In this document: positions 22,968 through 33,391 of the stretch, one piece after another
Layout: each line of letters opens with the position of its first letter
Numbering within the stretch: position 1 is the stretch's first letter
Assembly (NCBI GenBank): GCA_963792535.1
Contig: CAWBWQ010000001.1
Coordinates: 32,001 to 96,000 of the forward strand
Direction of reading: 5' to 3'
DNA: 64,000 nucleotides
Origin: an uncultured Phycisphaerales bacterium
GTDB lineage: Bacteria > Planctomycetota > Phycisphaerae > Tepidisphaerales > Tepidisphaeraceae
Made by a program: the position numbers and the translations under genes
Notes under the pieces: model-generated
Databases searched by the model: none
What the model saw: only the letters and a program-made list of their open reading frames with translations
What the model was told of the DNA's origin: nothing

Positions 22968-24977
22968 ATGAGCATCAACAGCACAGTGGACAGTGAACAA
23001 AAATCCAAGCCGATAGATGGTACGGCAGGGGCATCACCGAGTCCGAACTCTGCAGCCTCTTGGGTTACGCAGGGAATCAACATTATTTTTGGCCGCGCGC
23101 TGGCAACTCAAGAGCACGAGCAGGTCAAAATCGGCGCAGTGTCGGCGGTGCCGGCCATGGGGTTGGACGCCCTGGGCTCGGCTTCATATGGTCCCGAGGC
23201 AGCACTCACGATCCTGTTGCCTCTTGGAGCGGTGGGGCTAACGTATCTCTGGCCGATCACGCTGGTGATTGTGGGGCTCTTGACGATCCTGTATCTCTCT
23301 TATCGCCAAACCATCGCGGCCTATCCGGTCAATGGCGGATCGTACACTGTAGCCACAGAAAACCTGGGTGTCTGGCCTGGGTTGCTCGCCGCTGCTGCAT
23401 TGATTATTGATTATTTATTAAACGTGGCGGTGGGAATATCCGCCGGGGTGGCCGCGCTCATATCCGCAGCACCGTCGCTGCATCGTTACACATTGCCGCT
23501 GTGTCTGGGTATCTTGCTGATCATCACACTATTAAATCTGCGCGGAACCGGTGAAGCGGGTCTGGCATTTGCCATCCCTACTTACTTATTTATAAGTACG
23601 CTGCTCTTGGCGGTAGGGATTGGCTTTTTCAAATCCTTCACCAGCGTTGGGCATCCGCATGCAGTCATCCCACCGCCGGTGATAAACGCGCCGCTGCAGG
23701 GCTTTAGTCTATGGTTGATCCTGCGTGCCTTCGCAAGCGGATGTACAGCAATGACCGGCGTCGAAGCGGTCAGCAACGGCGTGTCCGCATTCCGTCCGCC
23801 CACCGTAACGCGCGCTCATCGAACGCTTACCACAATTGTCCTGGTGCTCGCGCTTCTGCTGATCGGCATCAGCTGGCTATCGCGATCTTACGGAATCGCC
23901 GCGATGGATCAGGATAAACCCGGCTACCAAAGCGTCATCTCACAGATGCTCGGCGCGGTGATCGGTAGAAACTGGTTTTATTATGTGGCCATCAGCAGCG
24001 TGTTGTCGGTCCTATGCATGTCCGCTAACACCAGCTTTGTCGATTTTCCCCGGCTCTGCCGTTTGATTGCGGCTCATGAGTTCCTCCCACGCGGGTTTGC
24101 AATCGTAGGTCGCCGGCTGGTCTACTCTGTGGGAGTGATAGTCCTGGCTATATTTGCTGGATGTCTGTTGGTGGCCTTTGGAGGAATCACCGATCGCTTG
24201 ATCCCACTATTTGCAGTAGGGGCGTTTCTCGCATTCTCGCTATCACAAGCGGGAATGGTGATGCACTGGCGAAAAGAACTGAAAAAGCCCGGTGATGCCC
24301 GCTCAAGGACCGGTGTGTGGATCCGCCTCTGCGTCAATGGTATTGGCGCAATGTGTACCGGGATCGCACTGTTGATAATCCTGGCTGCCAAGTTCATTGA
24401 GGGTGCCTGGATTTGCGTTGTGGCTATTCCGATTCTGCTGATGATGTTCAGGCTGATTCATCGCCACTACGACCGCATGAAGCAACAGACGACAGCGGTA
24501 GCGCCTTTAGATCTGGATCACAACCAGCCGCCGGTGGTGCTGATCACTACGAAGGGGTGGGATCGTCTCACAGAGAAGGCGCTGCGATTTGCATTTTGGA
24601 TCTCCAGCGATGTTATCGCGCTCCACCTGAGCAATCTCAGTGGCGAAGAAGCGGGGGAGGAAGAAGAACGCCTTCGGGCCGCCTGGCATGCAGATGTCGA
24701 GTCCCCCGCACAGCGTCACGGCGTCGCGCCGCCACGGCTTGATATTCTTCAAGCGCCGTTCCGTTCCTTCATTAATCCCGTCCTGAAAGAACTCGACCGC
24801 CTTGAGCAGGAATTCCCCACCAGGCAGATCGCAGTCCTTACGCCGCAGGTGGTGGAAAAACACTGGTGGAATCTGCTGCTTCACCGGCGAAAAGCCGCGA
24901 GCCTAAGAGCAGCACTGCTTCGCAGGTGCGATAACCGAGTCGTGCTCGTCAGCATGCCTTGGTACGTTAACGAGTGA
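22968..24977 (+). CDS. APC-superfamily permease, KimA/YdaO-like K+ transporter
   Basis: DALGSASYGPE, IIDYLL and AMTGVEAVSNG match KimA-type motifs. About 12 TMs plus a C-terminal cytoplasmic domain (WWNLLLH). Confidence 0.85.
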   Translation: MSINSTVDSEQKSKPIDGTAGASPSPNSAASWVTQGINIIFGRALATQEHEQVKIGAVSAVPAMGLDALGSASYGPEAALTILLPLGAVGLTYLWPITLVIVGLLTILYLSYRQTIAAYPVNGGSYTVATENLGVWPGLLAAAALIIDYLLNVAVGISAGVAALISAAPSLHRYTLPLCLGILLIITLLNLRGTGEAGLAFAIPTYLFISTLLLAVGIGFFKSFTSVGHPHAVIPPPVINAPLQGFSLWLILRAFASGCTAMTGVEAVSNGVSAFRPPTVTRAHRTLTTIVLVLALLLIGISWLSRSYGIAAMDQDKPGYQSVISQMLGAVIGRNWFYYVAISSVLSVLCMSANTSFVDFPRLCRLIAAHEFLPRGFAIVGRRLVYSVGVIVLAIFAGCLLVAFGGITDRLIPLFAVGAFLAFSLSQAGMVMHWRKELKKPGDARSRTGVWIRLCVNGIGAMCTGIALLIILAAKFIEGAWICVVAIPILLMMFRLIHRHYDRMKQQTTAVAPLDLDHNQPPVVLITTKGWDRLTEKALRFAFWISSDVIALHLSNLSGEEAGEEEERLRAAWHADVESPAQRHGVAPPRLDILQAPFRSFINPVLKELDRLEQEFPTRQIAVLTPQVVEKHWWNLLLHRRKAASLRAALLRRCDNRVVLVSMPWYVNE

Positions 24978-25204
24978 GCCGACAATGATTCGCCCGTCTT
25001 GCTTCACCCGGATGGTTCGGGGCGCGAAGTTGCGCCGGCTGAAGCCCGTCCTGCATTTACGGCATGTTCGTTCCATGTGGTTGTCGCTCGCCATGCGAAA
25101 TCTCGAGCGCGTGTCGGTAAATGTCGGCTGACAATCGTTGTACCGGGGAGATATATTCACGGCTCGAGGCTGGTCGAAACCAGTCACCAAAAGGAGCGAC
25201 AACC

Positions 25205-26203
25205 ATGCATAGCCTCGATCAATCTCCCGCAACCCAGCCCCGGGCGTGGGTACCGCTTCGGGAAAAGCTGGGTGTCTGCCAATGGTTTCATTTTCAGGAT
25301 TATGAGGGTGTCGAACAAGCGGTGGCGGCGCTGCGTGAGTTGGGTGTCACAATTCTTCGCACGGGGATCTCGTGGGCGGACTTTCTTCGGCCCGGTGGCA
25401 GGGAATGGTACGACTGGCAGATGTCCAAACTGGCTGGTTTTGACATCCTGCTGAGTGTCTGGCACACGCCGCCGTCACTATCCCGTAACGGTGCTTGCAA
25501 CGGCCCTCCTCATCGTCTTCGCGATTATGCTGATTTTATCGATCATGTGACTACCCTATATGGCCACCAGTTTCATCAGCTGGAACTATGGAATGAGCCT
25601 AACAATCGCATCAAGTGGGACTTTCCCCGCTTCGATCCGCAGTGGCATTTGTTTGCGGAGATGATCGGCGATGCTGCGTATTGGGCGAAGCAACGTGGTA
25701 TCTACACGGTGCTGGGAGGCATGATTCCAGTTGACCACCATTGGCTGAACATCATGCGCGATCGCGGGGTGATGAAGTACATTGACGCTGTGGGCATTCA
25801 CGCCTTCCCCGGGATGTGGTTTCCGGATCACCCTAACTGGGATTGGTGCGATCATTGGAAGGACTGGAACACTAAAATTCAATCCATCGCACATCACACT
25901 GATGGCAAACCCATTTGGGTTACCGAAACCGGCATCGCCACGTTTGATCTGGCGCTGCAACGAGAGGCTAAGTACGAGTTACAGGTAGAAGCGCTGAACG
26001 CCGCAGCCGTGAGTTGTGCCGACAGAGTCTACTGGTACAGCGCCATCGATCTGAATGCTGATCGTGAAGCGATCGAAGGATTCCACGTCGATGAAAACGA
26101 ATACCACATGGGCCTTATAAAGCAGGATGGCTATCGAAAGCTGGCATTCCACGCGTTAAAAGCTTTGTTGTTGCCCACAACCGCAGCCACGCTGTCAGTA
26201 TGA
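25205..26203 (+). CDS. Clan GH-A glycoside-hydrolase-like protein (often annotated beta-xylosidase); paralog of the N-domain of 14452..16597
   Basis: RTGISWAD, WNEP, WVTETG and EGFHVDENEYHMGL motifs. AAGGAG RBS before the ATG at 25205. Confidence 0.82.
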   Translation: MHSLDQSPATQPRAWVPLREKLGVCQWFHFQDYEGVEQAVAALRELGVTILRTGISWADFLRPGGREWYDWQMSKLAGFDILLSVWHTPPSLSRNGACNGPPHRLRDYADFIDHVTTLYGHQFHQLELWNEPNNRIKWDFPRFDPQWHLFAEMIGDAAYWAKQRGIYTVLGGMIPVDHHWLNIMRDRGVMKYIDAVGIHAFPGMWFPDHPNWDWCDHWKDWNTKIQSIAHHTDGKPIWVTETGIATFDLALQREAKYELQVEALNAAAVSCADRVYWYSAIDLNADREAIEGFHVDENEYHMGLIKQDGYRKLAFHALKALLLPTTAATLSV

Positions 26204-26332
26204 CAAGATGAGAAACGTTTCCCTGGCTCTGCGTATTTCCACTTGACGACCTGTCAACAAACTTCCAGCCGGAGACTATCGACGACTCTTAAGGCTTTCC
26301 ACGCGGCCGGTCTGAATTGAACGGGTGGAGCA

Positions 26333-27349
26333 TCAGGCCGCGGCGGCGGGCGATTCGTTGAAGTGATCGCGGATCGACAGGAACTGTTGCTCGATCTGTA
26401 GAAACGCAGCACCCACCTCCGGATCGAAATGCGATCCGGTTTCCGTTTCGATCATATTGCGGGCCACATCATGCGAAAAGGCTGATTTATAGACCCGCTT
26501 GGATGTCAGCGCGTCGTACACATCAGCAAGCGCGACGATCCGGCCGCACAGCGGAATCTCATCGCCTTTAAGACGGTTCGGATAGCCATCACCATCGAAC
26601 CGCTCGTGGTGGGTGGCTGCGATGTCACGGCCCATCCTGAGAAATGGAACATTGGGAAACTCATGCAACGCGGCATCCAGAGTCTGTGCGCCGATGGAGG
26701 TGTGAGTCTTCATAATCTCAAACTCGCGGTCACTGAGTCGACCCGGTTTGAGCAACACCATGTCGGGGATGCCGACCTTACCGATATCGTGCAACGGACT
26801 GGTTAGGTAGATCAGGCGGGCGAACTCCGGCGTGATTTCATTGCGAAACTTGTCGCGGCCGCCGAGATGCTGGGCGAGCAGGCGTGAGTAGCTTCGAACA
26901 CGTTCCAGGTGGGCACCAGTTTCGGGGTCGCGACTTTCGGCGAGCTTGGCCATCGCGAAGATCGCCACGTCGCGGGTCTCCATCGAGAGCACGCGTTCGG
27001 CGGTGCCAATACGGGCGATCAACTCCCCCGTATTGTAGGGCTTGCCCACAAACTCGTCGGCCCCGGCTCGCAGGCCTGCGATTCGCTCCTCCGGCGTGTT
27101 TCGGCTGGTCAACAGGATGACATACACGTACCCGCGGAGGTGTTCTGAACGGATCGCCTGCGTCAGTTGCAGGCCAGTCAGCTCGGGCATTTCCCAGTCG
27201 CTGATGACAATCCTGCAATGGCCAGCTCTCAGGATTTCCAATGCTTCGCGACCCGTGCTGGCTGTCTCTACCTCATAGCCGGCGCGCTGCAGCGCTTCTT
27301 CAAGCACCATCCGGGCGATTTCTTCGTCGTCGGCGACCAGCACTCGCAT
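26333..27349 (-). CDS. Response regulator with HD-GYP cyclic-di-GMP phosphodiesterase domain (RpfG-like)
   Basis: REC domain (ADDE...ISDWEMP...KP), then LHDIGK, HHERFDGDGYP and ADVYDAL. Confidence 0.94.
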   Translation of the reverse strand: MRVLVADDEEIARMVLEEALQRAGYEVETASTGREALEILRAGHCRIVISDWEMPELTGLQLTQAIRSEHLRGYVYVILLTSRNTPEERIAGLRAGADEFVGKPYNTGELIARIGTAERVLSMETRDVAIFAMAKLAESRDPETGAHLERVRSYSRLLAQHLGGRDKFRNEITPEFARLIYLTSPLHDIGKVGIPDMVLLKPGRLSDREFEIMKTHTSIGAQTLDAALHEFPNVPFLRMGRDIAATHHERFDGDGYPNRLKGDEIPLCGRIVALADVYDALTSKRVYKSAFSHDVARNMIETETGSHFDPEVGAAFLQIEQQFLSIRDHFNESPAAAA

Positions 27350-27351
27350 AG

Positions 27352-30112
27352 TCAATTCTTTCTACTATCTATAGTTTGCCGCAGTTGAGCCATGGCTTGC
27401 GGTATATAGGCAGAGCAGCGATCCACTTCGTATCGCAGTTGCTCCAATTGTTTATCGGCAGAATCAAGCACGGCAGAACGTCCAGTCGACTCTAAATCCG
27501 CAAGAATGGCTTGCAACGATTCTGCGCCGACGATGCCTGCTGTCCCCTTGAGTCCATGCGACAAACGTGCCAATTCTTCAGGTTTTTCAGCCTCAAACAC
27601 GCTTTGCAATTGATTTGCGGTGTCAACGATCTGCCGCTCAAACTTCTCCAGGATCTTTATGGCAAGGTTTGGGTTCCGGGTGCAGGAGTGCAATAAAGTT
27701 TCGATTTTCAAAGGTTCACCGGAAAGTTGGTCGATCTGCGCTGTTGGCTCTGTTTGCAGTGGTGATACAACAGGCTCGACCGTTGTCTCGGTAGAGGTCT
27801 GCGTCAACGCTGAGGACGTGTGCCGGGAAATCAGACCGAGAAGCTCTGTCGGCTGGAACGGCTTGGGGCAGTATCCATTCATACCCGCCTCTTCGCATCG
27901 ACTGCGATCGACGTTAGAGGCATTGGCCGTTAGAGCGATAATTGGAATGTGACCGATAGAGCCGGTGGCGGTATTGCGTTCCCGCTCGAGTCGACGGATT
28001 TCACGCGTGGCTTCCAACCCGTCCATAACGGGCATCTGACAATCCATCAGCACCAGATCAAAGCTGGCATTCTTCCACGCCTGCACAGCACTTTGACCGT
28101 CGGATACCACATCCACCTTGCAACCTGCATTCGCAAGCAGGTCCGTCGCCACGATCTGATTGATCTGATTGTCCTCTGCGAGCAGGATACGAATCGTCCG
28201 CGAAAATGTGTTTCGTGCCGCGGCATCAGGCGCAATATCTGTGGGCTCACTATCAATATTCGGAGGCGGAGTTTTGGCAACATCGAATTTGCAGGTGAAC
28301 CAGAATGTTGAACCGTGGCCTAACTCGCTTTCAACCCCGATTGTGCCGCCCATCAGCTCAGCCAATTCTTTGGAGATAGCCAGGCCAAGCCCGGTGCCGC
28401 CGTAGCGCCGCGTCGTGGATGCATCAACCTGAGAGAAGGACTTGAACAGCCGCTGCTTTCGGTCCTCAGGAATGCCGGGACCCGTGTCCTTGATCGCGAA
28501 CCGGACGCAGACATCGTTGCGCGATACTTCGCGAGACAAGCAAACCGTGATCTGACCCTGGTCGGTGAATTTCACCGCGTTGCCGATCAGGTTCATCAGG
28601 ATCTGCCGAAGCCTGTTAGGATCACCAGCTATATATTGTGGGACATCGTCCCCAATCGCGCTGGCCATCTTTACGGCTTTTTCCGCCGCCTTAAGAGACA
28701 ACAGCTCGACCACTTCCTCAACCACCTTGCGAGGATTGAAATCAATTGACTCCAGTTCCAGCTTGCCCGCCTCTATCTTGGAGAAATCGAGGATATCGTT
28801 GATAAGCGTTGTGAGTACCTCAGTGGATGAACGTACAAGCTCAGTATAATGCCGCTGCTTTTTATCAAGTTGCGTTGTGAGCAGTAGATTGGCCACGCCG
28901 ATCACACCGTTCAGCGGTGTGCGGATCTCATGACTCATATTCGCCAGGAACTGGCTCTTGGCTTTTGTGGCTGCTTGGGATTCGTCTACGAGGCGTTTCA
29001 ATTCCGCCCGATGCCGCAACTGGATCACCATGTCGTTGAACGCGGTCGCAAGCTGACCGATTTCATCCCGGCGCGTCGCCTGGATAGAACACTCCATATC
29101 CCCGCCGGCAACGCGACGAACAGCAAGCACAAGCTCTCGCACCGGCTTGCTGATCGCGCCGCTGACAACAAAGCTGATGCACGCAGCGGCAAGCAATCCA
29201 GCACCCATGATGAATAACAGACTCGCCGAGACCTTGCGTTGCATCGCAACAGCGTCCGCCTGGCTACTCTGAATAAGAATTGCCCCAATGATGTTTTGAG
29301 ACGGCGGATCAACAAGCGGCTCCAGATACGAGCTAAAGTTTAGATCCCGAACGGGTATGGATAATGCCGTCGATGCGGGGAACGCTTTATGCTGATATTG
29401 CCTCAACATCAGCGCCTGATCCGACTGCGAGAGGCTCGACGCCAGCACACTATCGGGCGACAGGAAAGTAATCTCGCAGTTGTGGCTTTTACCCAGTGTC
29501 GCAGCCATATCTCCGGTCACCGGCGAAGCGATGATTACGCGCTCCATCGGGTCGATCGGCATCGCCGGGATCACTTGAAAAAAGCAGCGGTATCCCGACA
29601 GCCTGATACAACTTTTCGTTATAAAGCCACAGCCCGAACTGCTGTTGCGGTTTCCCGGCAGCGAACATGGCTCGCACCAGTGGCAACGCCTGCCTGGATC
29701 TGGAAATATAAGTTCTTAGATTGGCCGTCGTTCCCCAGGGCGATTGGCTGTTCTGCGCGATCACCGCGCCACGGCTATCGAGCACGCAGATGAACCGGGC
29801 ATCTATAACTGCTGCGATGCTGTCGAGCCGGTCCTGCAAACTGGCGAGGTTATCAGCGGCAATCTCGAAGTTGTGTTCGGCAATGAGCGCCCGCAGTTCC
29901 GGGATCTCCATCACCATCGTACCCACTTGATTCATCTGCTTGACCTGCTGAGCCTGCAGTGAGTGGAGACCTTGCCGTGCCTCGTTGAAACGCGTGGAAG
30001 CAAGTCGATTAAAATTAGCAGAAATCAGATGCTGGATAGGCCACCACGCGCCCGCCCAGAGCAGCAGCACAATTGCGCTGGACGACAGAAATAGTTTGGT
30101 GCGCAGCTGCAT
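27352..30112 (-). CDS. Hybrid sensor histidine kinase (TM-periplasmic sensor-TM-HAMP-HisKA-HATPase-REC-HPt); apparent frameshift near 29540
   Basis: ORF 29489..30112 gives the first TM and sensor. ORF 27352..29574 has HAMP (DEIGQLA), [19 protein letters not shown] (LMDCQMP) and HPt (SHGLKG). Confidence 0.92.
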
Positions 30113-30133
30113 AGGATTCGGATTGGCGATTGC

Positions 30134-30943
30134 CTACTGTTTACAGTCAGGACATGGTTCGGGAACCGGATGAGAGTCCTGAAAAACTGGCAGGTTCAGT
30201 TGTTCGTGCTTGATACCAAGCCCGCGCTCGGTTCCGTATTTATTTCCGCGAACGGCTGGGTCGTTTGCCAGAATGTCGTTATGGTCCTCCGCAAGCGTCA
30301 TGCTGATGGTGGCGGGCGTGCCGTTACCTAAAACAATCGATTGTTTCTGCGCCCCGCAGCGGTCATGCCAGGCAACCAGCGTAAACTTCCCCGCTGGAAT
30401 ATTGTCGATGTTGAACTGTCCGAGTTTATCGCAGCGGCTTAGAAAAATGTTGGGCGTCACATACACCATCGCGCGCATCTGTGGATGAACATTGCAGAAC
30501 ATCTGAACAGTGCCCACCTTCGTGAACGTTCGAGATTTCGATTGCCCATAGGGATACCGGTCCAGATCAAATGCCGGAGCCGCTGCCGACCGGCTGAACA
30601 CGTTGTGAGAGATGTGATCCCAATTCGGAAACTCGATCACTGTTCCGCGCGGCACAGCGAGGAACTTGGGAACAAACTGCTTGTCCTTTTGTGCAATGAT
30701 CTGATGTTCTGAGGGAATGGGTACCGCATCCAAAAGTGCATCAGAATCAAGGTAGACTACAACGTGTGACAGATCCGCTTTGCTCAGATTCAAACCGGTG
30801 GAGATAAACACCTTCCCGCGCACACTAAAAGCTGCGGGCATGGTGACTGGTCTCGAAGTCGGTGATTCGGCGTGGGCTATGTTCAGATTGGCCACCGCTG
30901 CAAGCATCCCGAACATTACAGCTAACGGATATGTGAACCGCAT
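30134..30943 (-). CDS. Exported cupredoxin-domain protein ('methylamine utilization protein'-like) with carboxypeptidase-regulatory-like beta domain
   Basis: Signal peptide, then FPNWDHISHNVFS...FCNVHPQM, giving His/Cys/His/Met type-1 copper ligands. C-terminal CPDC. Confidence 0.85.
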   Translation of the reverse strand: MRFTYPLAVMFGMLAAVANLNIAHAESPTSRPVTMPAAFSVRGKVFISTGLNLSKADLSHVVVYLDSDALLDAVPIPSEHQIIAQKDKQFVPKFLAVPRGTVIEFPNWDHISHNVFSRSAAAPAFDLDRYPYGQSKSRTFTKVGTVQMFCNVHPQMRAMVYVTPNIFLSRCDKLGQFNIDNIPAGKFTLVAWHDRCGAQKQSIVLGNGTPATISMTLAEDHNDILANDPAVRGNKYGTERGLGIKHEQLNLPVFQDSHPVPEPCPDCKQ

Positions 30944-30949
30944 GTTGCC

Positions 30950-32140
30950 TCAGTAGGTCAGGGCCAGGTGAATTGAAAATGTATCGGCATTGCCGTACTC
31001 GTTGCTCTCATCGTGGCGAAACTCTCCACGAACTTCCACACCCTCGCATAGGTCGTATCCAGTTCCGAAGCTATATTCGTAGACACGCTGGAAATCGCCG
31101 GTAGTCAACCAGTTGCTGTCATCGAGAAAACTGAGTCTACTGTATATGCGCCATTGATCGGTTAGGTCGTAGTCGACCTGACCGGCAGCACCAAACCAGC
31201 CCCACCGACCATACTGTGTTCCGCTGGTCCCCTGAAGGAACTCGGCTGAAAACCTGAGATCCGCCAGCGCCTGCCAGGTCGCTTTGGCTTCGACAAAGCC
31301 GAGCGTCCCGGCGCGTTCCCCTGACAGGTGAGGGCCTTGCCACCTGGAGATCAATGTGCTGCTGAAGTCATCTCCGTACGCACCGGCATCGTATGGCGAC
31401 TGAATGTGACGGCCCTGCTCCAGCACAATCCCTGGCCCGACCCAGCCTGTCACCGCAAGGTCCAAGCCGTGTGCTGGCTCGTATTCAGTCATCAGACCGC
31501 CGGAAGGGGATTGATTGAAGTCATATTGCCCCTGGAAGTCTTCACTGATGAATGGCCGCAGCGTCAAACCAGTGTGGGGGATCGGGACGGTGACCATACC
31601 CCCGACCAGATCCTGCGGCTGAGCGCCAAATAGATCGCTGGGGGTGCAGGTAGTTCTGCTCCAGAAATCCCTGGCTTCAAAGCCAAAGTTGGCGTTGAAC
31701 TTTCCGATGGTGATATACGATCCGCAATCTTGATTCAGGACTACCGATATAAACCCCTGCTCCAACTCGACCCGCCCGTATCCATCGGCATCAATAAAAT
31801 TGCCCTGCGCGGAAACGGCAACTGTCTGGTTGAAGCTTTTAGTCAGTCCGATTGCAAATTCCGCGTCATAATAGTTGCTCTTTGAATAATGTTGGTCGTT
31901 TCGGTAGCCACCAAGCCAGCCCCAGAGGTTGACATCCAGCCCGTCCCCAATCGCCGGTGGCAGGCCGTTGATTACCGATTCCTTGAAGGAATGTGAGGCT
32001 ACATCTGAGCTATCGGACGCTGATGTGGTCGTTGGTGCTGTGGACGTAGTCTGGGAGAAGGCGGTTTGCGTCAATGCAAACACCATCAGCGCGAGCGGCG
32101 CAACCAGATATCGCACCCAGAGTAGAGGGTATCTCGACAT
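30950..32140 (-). CDS. Putative outer-membrane beta-barrel protein (porin-like)
   Basis: Signal peptide, alternating amphipathic aromatic-rich strands, ITIGKFNA.FGFE, VRGEFRHD and a terminal FSIHLALTY beta-signal. Confidence 0.78.
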   Translation of the reverse strand: MSRYPLLWVRYLVAPLALMVFALTQTAFSQTTSTAPTTTSASDSSDVASHSFKESVINGLPPAIGDGLDVNLWGWLGGYRNDQHYSKSNYYDAEFAIGLTKSFNQTVAVSAQGNFIDADGYGRVELEQGFISVVLNQDCGSYITIGKFNANFGFEARDFWSRTTCTPSDLFGAQPQDLVGGMVTVPIPHTGLTLRPFISEDFQGQYDFNQSPSGGLMTEYEPAHGLDLAVTGWVGPGIVLEQGRHIQSPYDAGAYGDDFSSTLISRWQGPHLSGERAGTLGFVEAKATWQALADLRFSAEFLQGTSGTQYGRWGWFGAAGQVDYDLTDQWRIYSRLSFLDDSNWLTTGDFQRVYEYSFGTGYDLCEGVEVRGEFRHDESNEYGNADTFSIHLALTY

Positions 32141-32254
32141 TTCGGCATCTCCCTAAGCTTATCGGCAGGGGACGCATCGACATTTACTTATATGAAGCTT
32201 ATTCGGTTTGTGGGATGTGGATGGCTTAAGTCTGGCTGCGTTGGGCATCCCCTG

Positions 32255-33025
32255 CTATCGCAATTCATGCCACAACTGTTGCGATTGTTTTGAAAGCGCA
32301 CCGGCGTAGTACGCCTGGGTTGGCGCGGCGAAACTCTTGTCCGCGGTTTTGCGATAGACCACATTGGTGTGAGCGCCTGTGGGGATTTTTCCTGCCTTGA
32401 TCAGCTGCGGGATGTGATCGTGGTCGCGAACCTGCACATATTCAAAAGGCTTGATTCGCCCGAGGATGAAACTCACAATTTGATAGCTATTCTCGCGCCA
32501 GATCGAAAAAGAAGGTCGGCTGAAAATTGAAAAACCCGTGATCGAGCCAGCCGGTGAAAGGGGAACTGTGCATCATGATACCGCCGACGGCGGTCAGGTC
32601 GTGCGCCGTCTTAAAGAACTGGAAGACGTTGAAGACATGCTCGGCGGTACCAAAATTGAGCAGCAGTTCAAATGTCTGTGCGAGTGGAACCGGCTGGTTC
32701 AGATCGAATTGATATCGGCTGCCCGGTGAACCAGGATCGATGGCAGAGTATTCACCTGCCTGCACGATTGCCTTGAAGAACAGTGCTGCGATTTCATACA
32801 GCTGCCCGGGACGAGAGGCGGAAACAACATCGGCCAGCGTTTGCAGATGCTCGTCGCGTTCGCGGGGGTCTGTTACCAGTCGGCGAATTTCATCGTTGAA
32901 CTGCCCCAGCGAAACATCTCCGTACCAGTTGCTTTGCCCCATTTCTAAAACGCGGGGGCGCAGCGGGAGAACCTGATGCGCCGGAGGGAAGCGAGCACCA
33001 TGAATTCCAGAGCGGTAATTGCCAT
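32255..33025 (-). CDS. SAM-methyltransferase-like protein; apparent frameshifts near 32979 and 32496
   Basis: Reassembled as MAITALEFMVLASL/..PLRPRVLEMGQSNW...FDLNQP...NFGTAEHVFN...GGIMMH..GWLDHGFFNFQP/..YQIVSF...KTADKSFAAPTQAYY. Confidence 0.65.
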
Positions 33026-33031
33026 TGTGGT

Positions 33032-33301
33032 TCAGCGCCGATCGTGGTGCCAGTCACCGGCATCCTCATGACGCACATGGCGCTCGTCATAGTAGCCTCC
33101 ATGCCATCGCCGATGGTCATCGTAATATCCCTCATGACGGTAACCAAATTCATCCACCTCCACCACCGGCGGACCACCGACGACGACAGGTGCCGGAGGC
33201 TCGGGCGGCTCGGGGCGGACAATGCAGCCCACCGGCCCGGCCAGCAGCAGGGCGGAATTGAGCAACGCGAAAACTGCGACTTTAAAAGTATGCGGTTTCA
33301 T
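33032..33301 (-). CDS. Small Pro-rich, His/Asp/Arg-rich putative lipoprotein
   Basis: MKPHTFKVAVFALLNSALLLAGPVG|CIVRPEPP...RHEGYYDDHRRWHGGYYDERHVRHEDAGDWHHDRR*, with GGAG upstream of the start. Confidence 0.75.
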   Translation of the reverse strand: MKPHTFKVAVFALLNSALLLAGPVGCIVRPEPPEPPAPVVVGGPPVVEVDEFGYRHEGYYDDHRRWHGGYYDERHVRHEDAGDWHHDRR

Positions 33302-33391
33302 ACTCCAAACCATAGCTGGATTGGGAACAGCCAGGAACCTGAAAAGTGAGCGTTTTGAATGGCGACTTGCCGAGAGCAAACTGAGCGTTGC

